A DNA stretch of 64,000 nt, from positions 2,656,001 through 2,720,000 of the forward strand of contig CP147779.1 of NCBI GenBank assembly GCA_037308085.1, read 5' to 3'. This DNA is from Promethearchaeati archaeon SRVP18_Atabeyarchaeia-1 (lineage in GTDB: Archaea; Asgardarchaeota; Atabeyarchaeia; Atabeyarchaeales; Atabeyarchaeaceae). Under the pieces are notes generated by a model. The model saw nothing but the letters and a program-made list of their open reading frames with translations. It was not told the origin of the DNA and ran no database searches. How positions within the stretch are numbered: position 1 is the first letter of the stretch; each line of letters begins with the position of its first letter. Positions 30,926-41,733 of this stretch are shown piece after piece. Position numbers and translations under genes: made by a program.

Positions 30926-31966
30926 ATGCCACGACCGATTCTCTCCTTTGTTGCGCTCGTGTGCTTATTCTCCTTACCTTTCGCCCTGGTGATGGTCATC
31001 GGCTATGTCCCTTCACCAATCACGCCGAATGCAGATTTCTTCACAGTAGCCATTGATGGCACTCCAGTAGTTAACGTTTCCAGATGGACGCTTACAGTGG
31101 AGGGGCATGTTGATCATCCACTCACCTTCTCATACGCGAATTTTACGGCTCAACCAAACGCCACGGAGGTCGCGAGGTTGCAGTGTGTGGATGGACCTGC
31201 AGGTACGGCATCGTGGACTGGAATTCCCCTTAATGTTGTACTCGCGATGGCGGGCATCCAGCCAGGGGCAATGGACGTGGTCTTCGTTGGCGCCGATGGG
31301 TACACTTCCTCGCTGGCTTGGCCCACTCAAAATAGGTCCGATGTCCTCCTTGCCTTTGTGATGAACGGAGAACCACTACCTCCCGCCCAAGGATCACCTG
31401 TGCGCGTCGTGGCCCCAAATGAGTTGGGATATAAATGGGTCAAGTGGGTCTATCGGATTGTAGTGGTGAACTACGACTACAAGGGCTACTGGGAGAGTCG
31501 CGGGTGGAGTGACAATGCGTGGCTATCATCCCCTGATGACTGGCGCGTGCACGCAACTCTATTATCTCTCTCATTCCTATTTGGCGGCCTTGCAGCGATC
31601 TCTGGGGTGAAGCTGTCTCCTACCATGAATGCCTTCAGGGGTTTCCCTAGATTCATTTCGCGCAAGTTTCACGTCGCTGTATCCACTTTGTTCCTTGCCT
31701 CCGCGGTTACCTCCTTCACTTTCTGGGTTGGCGAGACCTTTCTTGCGAGGGGAGCGGTATTCTACACACTACACGGGATCATCGGCCTACTGAGCATCGG
31801 GTTGCTTGTAGTTGGAGCTCTAAAGGCGCTGCGAAACTTGCGGCGACCCCTTGCCACATCGTCGGGACATGGGAGAATTAGCCTTTATGGCTTCGCCTTC
31901 TATGCGTTAGCTATTCTTCTCGGATTCGCACTAACGATCGGCATTTCATTCCTGGGGCTTTCCTGA
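30926..31966 (+). CDS. sulfite-oxidase-family molybdopterin oxidoreductase fused to a C-terminal membrane domain
   Basis: LQCVDG, WTGIPL, MNGEPLP, GYKWVKW and GYWESRG motifs, then 4 TM segments with His residues. Confidence 0.85.
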   Translation: MPRPILSFVALVCLFSLPFALVMVIGYVPSPITPNADFFTVAIDGTPVVNVSRWTLTVEGHVDHPLTFSYANFTAQPNATEVARLQCVDGPAGTASWTGIPLNVVLAMAGIQPGAMDVVFVGADGYTSSLAWPTQNRSDVLLAFVMNGEPLPPAQGSPVRVVAPNELGYKWVKWVYRIVVVNYDYKGYWESRGWSDNAWLSSPDDWRVHATLLSLSFLFGGLAAISGVKLSPTMNAFRGFPRFISRKFHVAVSTLFLASAVTSFTFWVGETFLARGAVFYTLHGIIGLLSIGLLVVGALKALRNLRRPLATSSGHGRISLYGFAFYALAILLGFALTIGISFLGLS

Positions 31967-32133
31967 ACTTCGCAGTCATGAAATCATGAAATACCCTAGC
32001 AGCAGAGCATGGCCTTGCTTACTCACGTCTCACCAAGAAAAGCTAGAAGGGCGGTCGCCAAATTGCCCTGTTTTCGTGGACGCATACGGTTAAATAAATG
32101 GTGGTCCTTGATAAAATAGGGAGGAGATGAATT

Positions 32134-33111
32134 TTGGCTGAAAAACAGCAAAAGGGACTTGACCCCCAAGCGGCTGCCTTGCTGAAACAGATGGCGCAGC
32201 TGAAGATGCCAGAGCTCCACACCTTAACACCGAAAGCGGCAAGAGACATGATGGATGCTGGAATCAAGATGATTGCAGGCAAGCCGGAAAAAGTATCCAA
32301 AGTTGAAGACCTGAAAATCCCAGGTCCGGCAGGCCAAATACCTGTAAGAGTATACACTCCGGAAGGGAAGGGACCATTTCCCGTCTTCGTGTACTACCAC
32401 GGAGGAGGCTTCGTCATCGGAAATGTTCCCCAGAGTGACAACTTCTGCAGAGGAGTCGCGAATAGAGCAGCGTGCGTCGTCGTGTCTGTCGAATACCGCC
32501 TCGCTCCAGAACACAAGTATCCTGCAGCAGTAGATGATTCGTACACAACGACAAAATGGGTCTCAAAGAATGCGGATCGTATCAACGGTGATCCACACCG
32601 CATCGCAGTCGGAGGAGACAGCGCCGGGGGAAACCTAGCTGCAGTTGTCTCCCTGAAAGCAAGGGATGAAGGCGAAAAGTTCCCGATCTACCAAGTACTC
32701 ATCTATCCAGCCACGGATCTAACCGGTACAAGTACGGTCTCCAGAAATGAGTTTGCGGAGGGCTACTTCCTCACAAAGGCTGACATGCTGTGGTTCGGGG
32801 AGCAGTACTTCAAGAAAGGTCAGGACCCCCGAGTTCCTTACGCATCCCCCTTATTGGCTCCAGATGTAGACAAGCTGCCACCAGCCCTCATAATAACAGC
32901 TGGATTCGACCCGCTGAGGGACGAGGGAGAAGCCTATGGCGAACGACTGAAAAAGGCGGGTGTTCCTGCCAAGGTCTCACGATACGCTGGCATGATTCAC
33001 GGCTTCACATCAATGGATGGAGCAATCGACAAGGCAAAGGAAGCCATGAATGAGGTCGCAGCTAGTCTTAGCGAAGCGTTCAAGAGAGGCAAGATCCAGA
33101 AAAAGAAGTGA
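32134..33111 (+). CDS. HSL-family esterase/lipase
   Basis: HGGG, GDSAGG, DPLRDE and HGF motifs. Confidence 0.95.
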   Translation: MAEKQQKGLDPQAAALLKQMAQLKMPELHTLTPKAARDMMDAGIKMIAGKPEKVSKVEDLKIPGPAGQIPVRVYTPEGKGPFPVFVYYHGGGFVIGNVPQSDNFCRGVANRAACVVVSVEYRLAPEHKYPAAVDDSYTTTKWVSKNADRINGDPHRIAVGGDSAGGNLAAVVSLKARDEGEKFPIYQVLIYPATDLTGTSTVSRNEFAEGYFLTKADMLWFGEQYFKKGQDPRVPYASPLLAPDVDKLPPALIITAGFDPLRDEGEAYGERLKKAGVPAKVSRYAGMIHGFTSMDGAIDKAKEAMNEVAASLSEAFKRGKIQKKK

Positions 33112-33151
33112 TGGCCTGAACTGTGGGATCTCCAAGAAGGATGGGAGCGTG

Positions 33152-33775
33152 ATGAAAATGGCTTCCCAAGCAACGAAACAGATAAACCCTCACTTTTCGG
33201 TCTTGGCTCTAGTCGCATTCACAGTTGCCTTCCTAGTCGCCAGGACATTCACGACTTTGAGTCCGAGTACTGTCATCGTCCTTGAGGGCGCTATCCATAT
33301 ACATCATTTCTGGTTCGGCTTGATCCTGCTAGCTGTAGGTGGCTGGATGGGTATTGTCAACCAGAACATGAATATCGATCAGTTGGCCGCAGTTCTCTAC
33401 GGAGCTGGAGGAGGTCTCATAGCAGATGAGGTCGGGCTCCTCCTCACGCTCGGGGACTACTGGACTGAGCTAACATACACGCTTGTAATAGTTTTCTTCG
33501 CGTTAGCGTGTATGTCGATATTGTTGGCCAAGTATTGGCGAATCATTCGTACGCAGCTCTGGGGCATATCGAGGAGCGGCGCTATTCTTTATCTTGGCAT
33601 CTTCCTAGCAGCGATCTCAGTAGGATTTCTGTTGACGACAAGCAGCCTCATCGTTTTCGATGTTTCGATCGTTCTGCTACTCGCAGCCTGCGTAGTCGTC
33701 CTGATCTATCTCATTCAGCGGCTCAGGCTGACAGGCAGGGAAAACAAGAGAAAGCAAGTTCCAGTCAAGAGGTAG
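33152..33775 (+). CDS. hypothetical membrane protein
   Basis: HIHHFWFG and GLIADE motifs, about 6 TM segments. Confidence 0.7.
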   Translation: MKMASQATKQINPHFSVLALVAFTVAFLVARTFTTLSPSTVIVLEGAIHIHHFWFGLILLAVGGWMGIVNQNMNIDQLAAVLYGAGGGLIADEVGLLLTLGDYWTELTYTLVIVFFALACMSILLAKYWRIIRTQLWGISRSGAILYLGIFLAAISVGFLLTTSSLIVFDVSIVLLLAACVVVLIYLIQRLRLTGRENKRKQVPVKR

Positions 33776-34051
33776 ACTAGAGCCCATCTGCAATCCGGCG
33801 GACGCGCCATGATACTGTGGCAAGACAGACCTTGCAGCCAAGGTTGTCGATTTCATTTACCACAATACTGGAAGGGATCTCAGGCCTCATGATCTTAAAC
33901 GCAACTCTCGTATGGCGAAAGGAGAAACATGGCCTTGAAGTAGCTGGTTGCAGAGCCTCCTTGCTCACGGGAACCAGCCAGTCTCACGCACGTGATACAA
34001 AAACCATATAACCTTAACGCCGCAAACCATCAGAGAGGAGAGTAGCGTAGA

Positions 34052-35491
34052 TTGTCTCTAGATCAAATCGCTTCGCGTTATGAGAAGCTGAGCAATCAGC
34101 TTGACGAGCAGTACTACAATCAGGATGCTGGCTTAACCTACGACCGCGAACTAATGAAGAAGCTTTCTGGCGAGTTGACTGAGGTCAGCCGCGAGTTCCT
34201 AGCCAAGTTCACCAAGCCCCGAAGCATGTACCTCGATTCAATAGCAACCATAGCCCAAGCTGAAAGGCTTGAGGTTGAGCTAGACTTCAAAGATCAACGC
34301 ATGGAGAAAGTCTCCACCGACAAATACGTGATGAACGGTAAACGGGTTAACTGGGGGAACTGGCGGCAATTTAACTCTCAGACTGATGACCCAAAGAAGC
34401 GTAAGGAAGTCTTCGACGAATTCATCTCGAAGGCACCATCCATCGCCCACCTTGTGGAGAAGCGCATGGGAATATCCCGCGAAGTCTATAGGCGCTACAA
34501 GCTAACTCCCTTGGACGCATACCTAGAATACGAGGAGATGACCTATGCAGACCTCATCAACTTCCTCGAGAAGCTCGGAGACGGCGCACGAAGCCACTTT
34601 CTCAAAGCTACAGACCGTTTCGCGCCTGAGATTCTGCACGAGCCTAGGGTAGAATACTATGACGACTTCTACACGTGGCGCGGGCGCATCTACAAGCCAT
34701 TGGACAAGATACTGGAAGAAAAAAACCCGCTTGCCGCGGTCAAGAAAGTGTTGACGTCCTTGGGCTTCGACCCTTCAAAGATCAAAGTCGACGCCGAAGA
34801 CCGGCCGAACAAGAGCCCGTCCGCCTCATGTTGGGGAATCAATATCCCGAACGACGTAAGAATCCTGTACAGGAAGACTTCACCCTTCGAGGATATTGGC
34901 AGTGTGTTCCACGAATTTGGGCACGGGATTCATGGTACTAGTGCAGACCCGAGCGACACCGTTTGGAAGCGATACATAGTTCCGAGGAGTGTAGCCGAGA
35001 CCTTCAGCATTCTCTTCGAGGAGATCACACACGACCCGGTATTCCTGACGCAAGAGTTGAAGCTTGAAAAGACGGCTGTGCTGGGCATACTCGACCGCCT
35101 CAAGTTCATGAACCTCGCGTTCCTGGTCTTCTACGCTGCAAACAGCATCATGAAGACTGAGTTCTGGAAGAAGAACTACACAGTAGAGCAGGCAGCAGAC
35201 CGCTGGCAGCAACTAACGAAGCGCTTCTTCATAGAAACACCAGGCTACTACTGGCTACTACACCACGTAATGCCCGACTATGATTTGTATTCACCCAGCT
35301 ACGTCATCGCTTCAGTAAGAGTCACAACCATTTGGCAGAAGCTTGGCGACGAATTTGGCGAGCCGTGGTGGAGGAACCCTCGAGCAGGACAGTACATACG
35401 CGAACTAGCTCAGACAAGAGGAGAGTTCAACATAAAACAATGGAAACTAGATCCAAGCGCATACTTGGAGGAACAAATCGCTACATCCTAA
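34052..35491 (+). CDS. M3/M32-like zinc metallopeptidase
   Basis: HEFGH followed by a downstream E (VAETFS). Confidence 0.75.
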   Translation: MSLDQIASRYEKLSNQLDEQYYNQDAGLTYDRELMKKLSGELTEVSREFLAKFTKPRSMYLDSIATIAQAERLEVELDFKDQRMEKVSTDKYVMNGKRVNWGNWRQFNSQTDDPKKRKEVFDEFISKAPSIAHLVEKRMGISREVYRRYKLTPLDAYLEYEEMTYADLINFLEKLGDGARSHFLKATDRFAPEILHEPRVEYYDDFYTWRGRIYKPLDKILEEKNPLAAVKKVLTSLGFDPSKIKVDAEDRPNKSPSASCWGINIPNDVRILYRKTSPFEDIGSVFHEFGHGIHGTSADPSDTVWKRYIVPRSVAETFSILFEEITHDPVFLTQELKLEKTAVLGILDRLKFMNLAFLVFYAANSIMKTEFWKKNYTVEQAADRWQQLTKRFFIETPGYYWLLHHVMPDYDLYSPSYVIASVRVTTIWQKLGDEFGEPWWRNPRAGQYIRELAQTRGEFNIKQWKLDPSAYLEEQIATS

Positions 35492-35662
35492 CAACTTGGA
35501 TTTCCACCACCCTGCATCCCGAGATATGCCTAGGGTTGAAAAGGTATATTTGAAGTGAGGTCACCTCATCTACCCAAGCCGCGCTTACAATTGGAATCTT
35601 GGGTAACTCATTCAGAAGAAGACCAGCTATCAAGCCCACAGAATCTCTGAGGGGGGTGCAAA

Positions 35663-36511
35663 ATGAGTCTTGAACTTCCAGAGATAAAGATACTCGGAGA
35701 ACAAATGAATAAGCGGCTTCAAGGCAAACGCACTAAGTCTTATCAGCTGCGGGATTACGAGAGACTGCAGAAAATTGGCTTCATGAATAAGGACCTAAAA
35801 GCCTTTGACCAACTCGTCGATAGGAGAGTCGAGTCGGTTGTATCCAGAGGAAACACGATACTCGTGAAACTCAGCAACGCTGCAAACCTGATCCTCGGTC
35901 CTGAGTACGGTGGGGAGATACGATACCACGACAAAGGGGAGACGCCGCTAACCAAGTTCCACTTGAGAGTAGATTTCGCAGACGACTCGGCGCTGACAGT
36001 GAGGCTCACTAGCATGGGTGGGATATACGCCATGAAGGACGATGAGCTGCCTCATTCATACTTCTACAAGCGAGACTTCAACCCAAATGTAACTTCGCCT
36101 ACCGATGAGGGCTTCACCTTCGGCGGGTTTGCTGAATCTCTTTCCAAGAACGATAAGGCGCTCAAGTCAGTGCTCGTTGGTAAAGACGCCACCTTGGTGG
36201 GCATAAGGAATAGCTCGTTCCAAGACATTCTATACAGGGCAAAGCTCCACCCAAAGAGAAAAGCCTCTGAGCTGAATGCCGAAGAAAGGAGGAGGCTCTA
36301 CGACTCCATCAAGCACATCATATCCGAGCGAATCCGGTTAAATGGTAAAGAGGAATTCACCGACTTCTATGGAAGGCAAGGCAGCTACACACCAGCCATG
36401 GGTCCAAAGATGAAAGGATTAAGATGCACAGTATGCAAGACCCCCATCCAAAAACTCGGCATCGGAGGAGGGAACGTGTTTCTGTGCCCCAAATGCCAAG
36501 CCGAATCCTAG
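35663..36511 (+). CDS. Fpg/Nei-family DNA glycosylase-like protein
   Basis: xELPE N-terminus, H2TH region (GIRN...DILYRAKLHP), C4 zinc finger CTVC...CPKCQ. Confidence 0.85.
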   Translation: MSLELPEIKILGEQMNKRLQGKRTKSYQLRDYERLQKIGFMNKDLKAFDQLVDRRVESVVSRGNTILVKLSNAANLILGPEYGGEIRYHDKGETPLTKFHLRVDFADDSALTVRLTSMGGIYAMKDDELPHSYFYKRDFNPNVTSPTDEGFTFGGFAESLSKNDKALKSVLVGKDATLVGIRNSSFQDILYRAKLHPKRKASELNAEERRRLYDSIKHIISERIRLNGKEEFTDFYGRQGSYTPAMGPKMKGLRCTVCKTPIQKLGIGGGNVFLCPKCQAES

Positions 36512-36662
36512 TTTGGCTCCACACGTGACATCGACCTCAACTGAATATCCAAGGATTCGCAAGGCAACTTTTCAGAGCCAATGGCGCCGGCAAGCTTCAG
36601 CTAAATCATCCAACGATTACTGCGCGCTATCAAGTCAACCTGGGCATCATCAAAGCCATTGT

Positions 36663-37730
36663 TCAGAGCCCTTCCTTCTCCATCTTCTGGCGCTTTCTGG
36701 ACGCAATTGCCAACTTCTTCCCCAACCTCGAGCGCTCACTCTTTTTGACACTCACAACCCAGAGTTCCCTCTGCAACCTCTCATAGTTCTCGAAGTGCTC
36801 CCTTGAGAGGCTGCCATCTTCTATTGCCGCCTTAACCGCGCAGCCAGGTTCCGTCTTGTGCTTGCAGTTGCTGAACCTGCACTGTCTAGCTAATGCTTCT
36901 ATATCCTCAAAGGTACTTCCGATTACGTCTTGATCCCCTGTTACACCAAGACCTCTCATTCCAGGGTTGTCAATGAGCATCCCGCCGCTCGGCAACATGA
37001 CGAGTTCCCTATGCGACGTGGTGTGCCGACCCTTCTTGTCGTAATCCCTGACATCACGCGTCTCGAAGCGCTCCTCACCCAGCAGAGCGTTGATTATCGT
37101 TGACTTTCCCGCGCCCGAAGGACCCACGAGCGAGCCAGTCTTTCCATTGCCAAGGAACCTCCTCAATTGATCCAAGCCAGCACCAGTCTTCGCGCTGACA
37201 AAGATGAGAGGAGCCTCCCTCGCCACCGCTTTAGCTTGATTCAATACGCCACGTATGTCCTTGCAGAGGTCTGCCTTGTTCAGGACGACTACCGGCTTGG
37301 AGCCAGAAGCTGACGCCTGCGCTAGGTACCGCTCCAGACGATTCGCATTGAATTCCTCGTCCAAGGAAACTACTATGAATAAAATTTCCACGTTCGTGCA
37401 GACAACCTGATCGCCAGTATACTTCGAGATGTTGTAGGTTGCCCGCATAAACTTCGTTCTTCTCGGCAGAATGCCATTTATCGTCATCGTACCCATCTCA
37501 AGGTTCCCATCTACAGCAACCCAGTCGCCCACTGCAGGGTAGTCGCCGCTCTCCCTGCACTCGTAGCGCATCCTGCCAGAGACCTTGCCCCTAAATTCCC
37601 CAGTCTCCCCGATCGCCGTGTAGAGGTTTCCCTCATGTGACACGATCCTCGCCGGTTGAAAGCCAGATTCCCGATATTCGCGGAACGCTTCCTCCAATGA
37701 AGAGTCCCATCCAAGTGTTTCCAAGTTCAT
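36663..37730 (-). CDS. rsgA: circularly permuted ribosome small subunit-dependent GTPase
   Basis: AVGDWV, NKAD, GPSGAGKS, GRHTT, DNPG and CRFSNCKHKTEPGC motifs. Confidence 0.93.
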   Translation of the reverse strand: MNLETLGWDSSLEEAFREYRESGFQPARIVSHEGNLYTAIGETGEFRGKVSGRMRYECRESGDYPAVGDWVAVDGNLEMGTMTINGILPRRTKFMRATYNISKYTGDQVVCTNVEILFIVVSLDEEFNANRLERYLAQASASGSKPVVVLNKADLCKDIRGVLNQAKAVAREAPLIFVSAKTGAGLDQLRRFLGNGKTGSLVGPSGAGKSTIINALLGEERFETRDVRDYDKKGRHTTSHRELVMLPSGGMLIDNPGMRGLGVTGDQDVIGSTFEDIEALARQCRFSNCKHKTEPGCAVKAAIEDGSLSREHFENYERLQRELWVVSVKKSERSRLGKKLAIASRKRQKMEKEGL

Positions 37731-38163
37731 GGATGCAGGAGGGAGCAGAGAATAGATATTAGCTTTGCCGTGCTTGTACGAAATGTTCGGATGTTGGCGC
37801 CGCGGAGATGGCATATGCTCTACCGCACAACGCTATTCATTTTGAGCGCGCACCAATCCGAAACATGTGACAGAATCAAACTGAGCGGGTTTGCTGCACT
37901 TAGGAAAAAAAGACGGGGTGTCAAGGGGAAGTCGATTTCAGTGGACTTCCAGAGCTGACTATTCCTACTACTTCTTCCTTCTACCATGCAGCACCATCAA
38001 AACAATCAAGACAAAAGCGAAAGATGAAATGGGGGTCTACCTATTCCACCCCCGTTTGCGATATGAGGTCCCTTTCCTACTAGCCTCGTGCGTCCTCGAA
38101 CCTGATTTTGCGCGATCTTCCCGCTCTTTCTCGCTCTACTTCATTGGCGGACGAGTTCTGCTC

Positions 38164-38910
38164 TTACTTTGTTTCACGTCTGAGGCGGCTTGGCAATACG
38201 AACCCCAAATACAGTAGAACCCCCGAGACACCCGCGGAAACCCAGCCCAGCAGGACCCATACGGTGTACCCCTCAGGCTCGAGCACTATCTCCCAAACCC
38301 TATCCAGAACAAAGAAGCAGTACGCGATGATAATAGCGAAGGCAGCCAGACGAATCAAAGAGAATCCTCTACGGGATGTTCCATCCGTCGTCTTATGCAT
38401 CGATGCGGTTGTCACTCTTGCCAAAGTGACGTATAGTGCGAGTGAAAAGAGCAGGTGAATCATGAGCACGGAAAGCAAGAGCGTCTCGAATATGGGCATG
38501 AACCAACTGAGCGGACCGAATACTGGCATGAGCACTGCCACAGATACCTCGACGAGAGCAAAGATCTTTAGCTTCGCTCCGCCGGCGCCTATTCCCTTGG
38601 AGAAGATCTCCAGCATGAAGACGTACAGGAAGATGTTGGCGATAGCGGACATACCGAAGGCGAGGCCCCATCCGAAGCTCTGGATGCCGAGGACCGGCTC
38701 AAAGAGGTTTGCGCCAATCAACTGCATGCAAGAAGTCAAGGTCAGGAACAGCGAGACCAGCGTGATGTACTTCGCCGCAGGCATCCTGCGATTCCTGTAA
38801 CGGACGTACAGGTTGATTGTCAGTAGAGCAAGTATTGTCGCTGCTACGACTTGGCTTAATCCAACAATCAAGACGCGGTCAGTGAAAGAAAGGCCAGTAA
38901 TATCTGCCAA
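38164..38910 (-). CDS. hypothetical ~7-TM membrane protein
   Basis: Seven hydrophobic segments ending LYLGFVLP. Confidence 0.7.
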   Translation of the reverse strand: MADITGLSFTDRVLIVGLSQVVAATILALLTINLYVRYRNRRMPAAKYITLVSLFLTLTSCMQLIGANLFEPVLGIQSFGWGLAFGMSAIANIFLYVFMLEIFSKGIGAGGAKLKIFALVEVSVAVLMPVFGPLSWFMPIFETLLLSVLMIHLLFSLALYVTLARVTTASMHKTTDGTSRRGFSLIRLAAFAIIIAYCFFVLDRVWEIVLEPEGYTVWVLLGWVSAGVSGVLLYLGFVLPSRLRRETK

Positions 38911-39248
38911 AGCGAATACCTACCTCCCTGATCTGGATTAATGCTGCAGCTATTTTCTCGGCAAGTGCGATAATATAGCTTGCGGTCTGAATGCGAACAT
39001 CGCATGCAGCTTTCTTCACCTCAACAGACCAGGATCTACCTGCATCGCCCAAGCCCGGCTGAAAGAAGACAGAACACTCACAAGATTCGATTGCCCTCCG
39101 TATTACGCCCAGATTGGGGAAAATGCATGTTGCCACTTAATGCATAATCTTTGTATTCTGGTTTCTGCACTAGTGGATTATCGACTACTGTCTATTCATT
39201 AGCACAGATACGTTACGTCGTATGGGAGACGGATGCGCGGTGGTGTAA

Positions 39249-40820
39249 TTGGCTGAATTGAGGGAGTTGGACGCTGCGATATTTGACTTTTACTGTCATC
39301 TTAACGGTGTCTATGACCACGAAGAGGAGTTGTTCATTCCATCCGAAGGTAACACCAGAAAGACTCTAAGCGAGATAGATGAGTTGCGAGCTAAGCTTCA
39401 GAGTATGAGGGGATCCATAGAGAATGGCATTTGGAGTCAACACCTTGAGGACGTGCTGGATGGAATGGAGATGATGCTTCTTGAAGATCTGCGTCACCCA
39501 AGCAGGCATCTGCGCAGTCTCGGCTATTCAATAATCAGGATCCTGGAGGAAGAAGGAAAAAGACCCAAAGACAAGGCTGAGGTATTAATCTCAAAACTCT
39601 CGAATGCCGACTTGTTCTTCGAGAATCTCAAGGGGCTTTGTATAACTGCCACGGACGCAAGGATTGATCGCGCAATAACCTGCGCAAGAAACATGCAGAC
39701 CGACTTCGGCTATTTCATGAAAGTCGTTGAGTCATGGGCTAAAGACGAAAAGGAAGACTCAGAAGGAAGACTCTACCGGAGACTGATTGAGGAACTCAAG
39801 AAGCTGAAGGACCAGGCGCAACGGTTTGCGGCAAGTGCGGGTGACGTCAAGGGTCAAAAGAGGGAGATTCTGGAGGACGTACCGTACGGCGATTTTCTGG
39901 CTGGTCGATACGGAGTGCAGCTTGGATGGATTCTCACATGGTACGAAGATGAGCTGGAAGGCATAAAGAAGAAGATTGAAGAGTTGGCGGCAAAGCTAGA
40001 CTGCACCAAGAGCTCAACGGAGATTTTGAAGGAACGCATCCATACTCCGTACAACTCAGTCGAGGAAGTGTTCGTAGCGATGGGAGGTTTCTTGAAAACT
40101 GCTAGAGAGAAAGCGAGGTCCTACCTAGACTTCCCGGAGGACGAATCGTGCAAGGTCATTGGGCTGAAAGAAATGGAGAAAGATGTTTACCCCATGGGGC
40201 ACTCGGGCGGGCCTGATCCAATAAGGGGTGGGTTGACACACACTGTTGCCTTGAATCAGTATAACTTCAGAGCTTTTACCAAAGGCTGGCTGATGATGAT
40301 GGCCATACATGAGGCCTATTATGGGCACAACATTCACTGGATAAGAATCGCCATGGCGGATTTGCCCAAGACCTTCAAGATAGAAGGTGGCAAGGAGGTT
40401 CCGCTGGTTGAAGGATTGGCTCATAGAGGCGAAGAGCTTCTGCAGCATATCTATGGCGACGAAGCCTTTCCCCTGTTTGTTGCCTGGCGAAGGCTTCACA
40501 CGGCGCTTCGGGTCTACATTGACATAGCCCTGTTTCATCTCAAGACGTTGGAGCCTGAAGACGCTGTGAGGCTTTACATTGACGTAATGAATTTCGACGA
40601 CCAGACATCAAGAGGTCTTGTCGAGGCTCACTTGGAAAGCAGGGGCTATTTTGTTTGCTACTTCGCTGGCTATAAGATGATAGAGGAAATGAGGAAGAAG
40701 GCTAGCATGGGCGAGAAGGAGTTTAGCAATAGGCTTTTCTCAGCTGGATTCGTTTCGATAAAATGCATTAAAATGTTATTGGCAATAAAGGAGAGAATGT
40801 CCTGGGAAAACTATGGCTAG
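39249..40820 (+). CDS. DUF885-like zinc metallopeptidase
   Basis: HEAYYGH, EGLAH and YFAGY motifs. Confidence 0.7.
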   Translation: MAELRELDAAIFDFYCHLNGVYDHEEELFIPSEGNTRKTLSEIDELRAKLQSMRGSIENGIWSQHLEDVLDGMEMMLLEDLRHPSRHLRSLGYSIIRILEEEGKRPKDKAEVLISKLSNADLFFENLKGLCITATDARIDRAITCARNMQTDFGYFMKVVESWAKDEKEDSEGRLYRRLIEELKKLKDQAQRFAASAGDVKGQKREILEDVPYGDFLAGRYGVQLGWILTWYEDELEGIKKKIEELAAKLDCTKSSTEILKERIHTPYNSVEEVFVAMGGFLKTAREKARSYLDFPEDESCKVIGLKEMEKDVYPMGHSGGPDPIRGGLTHTVALNQYNFRAFTKGWLMMMAIHEAYYGHNIHWIRIAMADLPKTFKIEGGKEVPLVEGLAHRGEELLQHIYGDEAFPLFVAWRRLHTALRVYIDIALFHLKTLEPEDAVRLYIDVMNFDDQTSRGLVEAHLESRGYFVCYFAGYKMIEEMRKKASMGEKEFSNRLFSAGFVSIKCIKMLLAIKERMSWENYG

Positions 40821-40880
40821 AAGATTCCTGACTTGCTCGTTGCTCCCCCGGTCTCGGATAGCAGGACGAATTCTGGCCGC

Positions 40881-41522
40881 CTACTTCCTGCGAAGCCGCG
40901 GAAGCAGCCGCCTAGTGCGCTGCATGTACTCCTCATACCTGTTCCCAAAATGATCGAGCATCATTTGTTCCTCACCATCGATCCTCTTATAGATTATCAA
41001 CAAAGTCAACGCAGAGACAACTAGAATAAGCCAGTCAACCGCCACAAATCCTGTCGCAAACATGAAAATCAAAGATGCAGTGTACATCGGATGCCGGATT
41101 CGACTGTATGGTCCCCAAGTGACCAGTCTGTGCTTTGGCCTCACTTCTAGTTTGAATGTCCAAAACACTCCCAGAGCCCTGTGAGCCCAAACGAGTAGCG
41201 CAAGTGACAACACACCCAAGCTTACACCAAGCAACTCAACCCAAATTGGAGTCGGAAATGGGATTGCACTCCATGCCCGCCACGGAGGATAGACGATGTA
41301 GAGAAGCATCATGACAGCCCAAACGATCGCCACAAGATCCTGGAGCACAATGTCGCGCCTGCGCTCATACCTGCTACGGCGCAATCGAAACCTCTTACTC
41401 CTCAACTCAGGATCTATTGCCCTGACTTTGCGCTCATAGTATCCTCTGATGCCTCCAAACACGACCAGGAGAACTAGGAGAGTCAACCTGAAGAACAACT
41501 CTTCATCAATTGGGAAAAACAT
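40881..41522 (-). CDS. isoprenylcysteine carboxyl methyltransferase family protein
   Basis: LVTWGPYSRIRHPMY and EEQMM...FG..YEEY motifs. Confidence 0.88.
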   Translation of the reverse strand: MFFPIDEELFFRLTLLVLLVVFGGIRGYYERKVRAIDPELRSKRFRLRRSRYERRRDIVLQDLVAIVWAVMMLLYIVYPPWRAWSAIPFPTPIWVELLGVSLGVLSLALLVWAHRALGVFWTFKLEVRPKHRLVTWGPYSRIRHPMYTASLIFMFATGFVAVDWLILVVSALTLLIIYKRIDGEEQMMLDHFGNRYEEYMQRTRRLLPRLRRK

Positions 41523-41733
41523 TCCTCACAGTAACCTCCTAAAGAAGAACAACCTGAGAAAGCCGCGCGCACACCTTGATTCTAGGCGAGTCATTGTTTG
41601 AGCTAGGCATCTGCGCTCCTATAGGTATTCTTCTTCTCCACTTCATTGAAGACATCGTCAAGGTATCTTTAATTAGGAGGTGTCGGGAAAGCTATGATGC
41701 AATCTATCCTGCAACCACATTGCAGAGGAGGAC

